Origin: the human T2T-CHM13v2.0 reference genome, Homo sapiens
Direction: 5' to 3' (one strand)
NCBI RefSeq assembly: GCF_009914755.1
Contig: NC_060933.1
DNA length: 64,000 nt
Position numbers and translations under genes: made by a program. Positions 63,001-64,000 of this stretch are shown in pieces (position 1 is the stretch's first letter; each line of letters starts with the position of its first letter). The notes beneath the pieces are model-generated. The model was given only the letters and a program-made list of their open reading frames with translations. It was not told where the DNA came from and ran no database searches.

Positions 63001-64000
63001 GGAATCCTATGTGAGGGACAAACTTTCCGACAATTATAACAGTGTTCTGCAATCCTACTTTAAGGACAAATATGCAGACCCTCGTAGCAGTGTTCTGGAA
63101 TCCTATGTGAGGGACACACATTCAGACAATCGTAGCAGTTTTCTGGAATCCTATGTGAGGGACAAACATTCAGACCCCAACACAAGTGTTCTGCAATCCT
63201 ACGTTAAGGACAAATATTCAGACCCTCGTAGCAGTGTTCTGGAATCCTATGTGAGGGACACACATTCAGACAATCCTAGCAGTTTTCTGGAATCCTATGT
63301 AAGGGAAAAACATTGAATCAACAGCGGGAGTGTTCTGGAATCCTATGTTATGGACAAACATTCAGACGCTCATTGCAGTGTTCTGGAATTGTACGTGAGG
63401 GAGGAACACTCAGAACCCAGCAGCAGTTTTCTGGAATCCTATATGATGGACATACATGTAGACCCCAGCAGCAGTGTTCTGGAATCCCATGTGAGGGACA
63501 AATATTCAGACCTTCGTCGAATTGTCTGGAATCCTATGAGAAGGACAAACACTCGGAAACCAGCAGCAGCATTCAGGAACCCTATGTGAGGGACAAACAT
63601 TCAGACAACAGCAGGATTGTTCTGGACTCCGATGTGAGGGATATACACTCAGAAAACAGCAGGAGTGTTTTGGAATCCTATGTGAGGGACAAACATTCAG
63701 ATCGTCGTAGCAGTGTCCTGGAATTCTTCATGAGGGATAAACATTCAGACCCCCATAGCAGTGTTCTGGAATCCTATGTGAGGGACAATCATTCAGACCA
63801 CAGCAGGAGTGTTCTGGAATCTCCTGTGAGGAACAGACATTCAGACCCCTAACAGTGTTCTGAAATCCTATGTGATGGACAAACATTTAGACGCCAGCAG
63901 TGCTCTGGAATGCAATGTGAGGGACAAACATTGAGACCCTCGTAGCAGTGTTCTGGTATCCTATCTGAGAGACCAACTCTCAGAAACAAGCAGCGGTGTT
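57057..64000 (+). repeat. CER (48-bp) satellite, block 2 (~145 monomers, runs off window)
   Basis: Same 48-bp monomer and same orientation as block 1. Confidence 0.9.

Overview
Human genomic DNA (an AluYa5 with all five diagnostic positions is present). The window crosses from repeat-rich, euchromatin-like sequence (1-~42.5 kb) into a 48-bp CER (D22Z3-type) satellite array (~42.5 kb to the end). No host protein-coding gene is recognisable. The long listed ORFs are L1 ORF1/ORF2 remnants, MaLR or MULE remnants, Alu and low-complexity read-throughs, or translations of the 16-codon satellite monomer. Left part: MaLR LTRs, an old L1M split by MER2 and Alu, L2/MIR, hAT MITEs, a 7SL retropseudogene containing a 31-bp VNTR, and a Ricksha MULE transposon. 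The Ricksha keeps transposase motifs and a captured MLT2/ERVL fragment, and has a FLAM nested in it that is itself split by a full THE1C provirus. A 43-bp minisatellite and a young 5'-truncated L1 follow. At the boundary, an inverted L1PA with no TSD is fused to the satellite through a small fold-back. Inside the array a full-length L1PA3 carries a second, older L1 3' end within one apparent TSD. CER monomer variants recur in an ordered, HOR-like pattern. I see no evidence of a new gene system. The best leads are structural: the satellite junction, the monomer ordering, the composite L1 and the 7SL-derived VNTR. Repeat subfamily names are from recalled consensus sequences, and boundaries are approximate unless a TSD or TIR is quoted.
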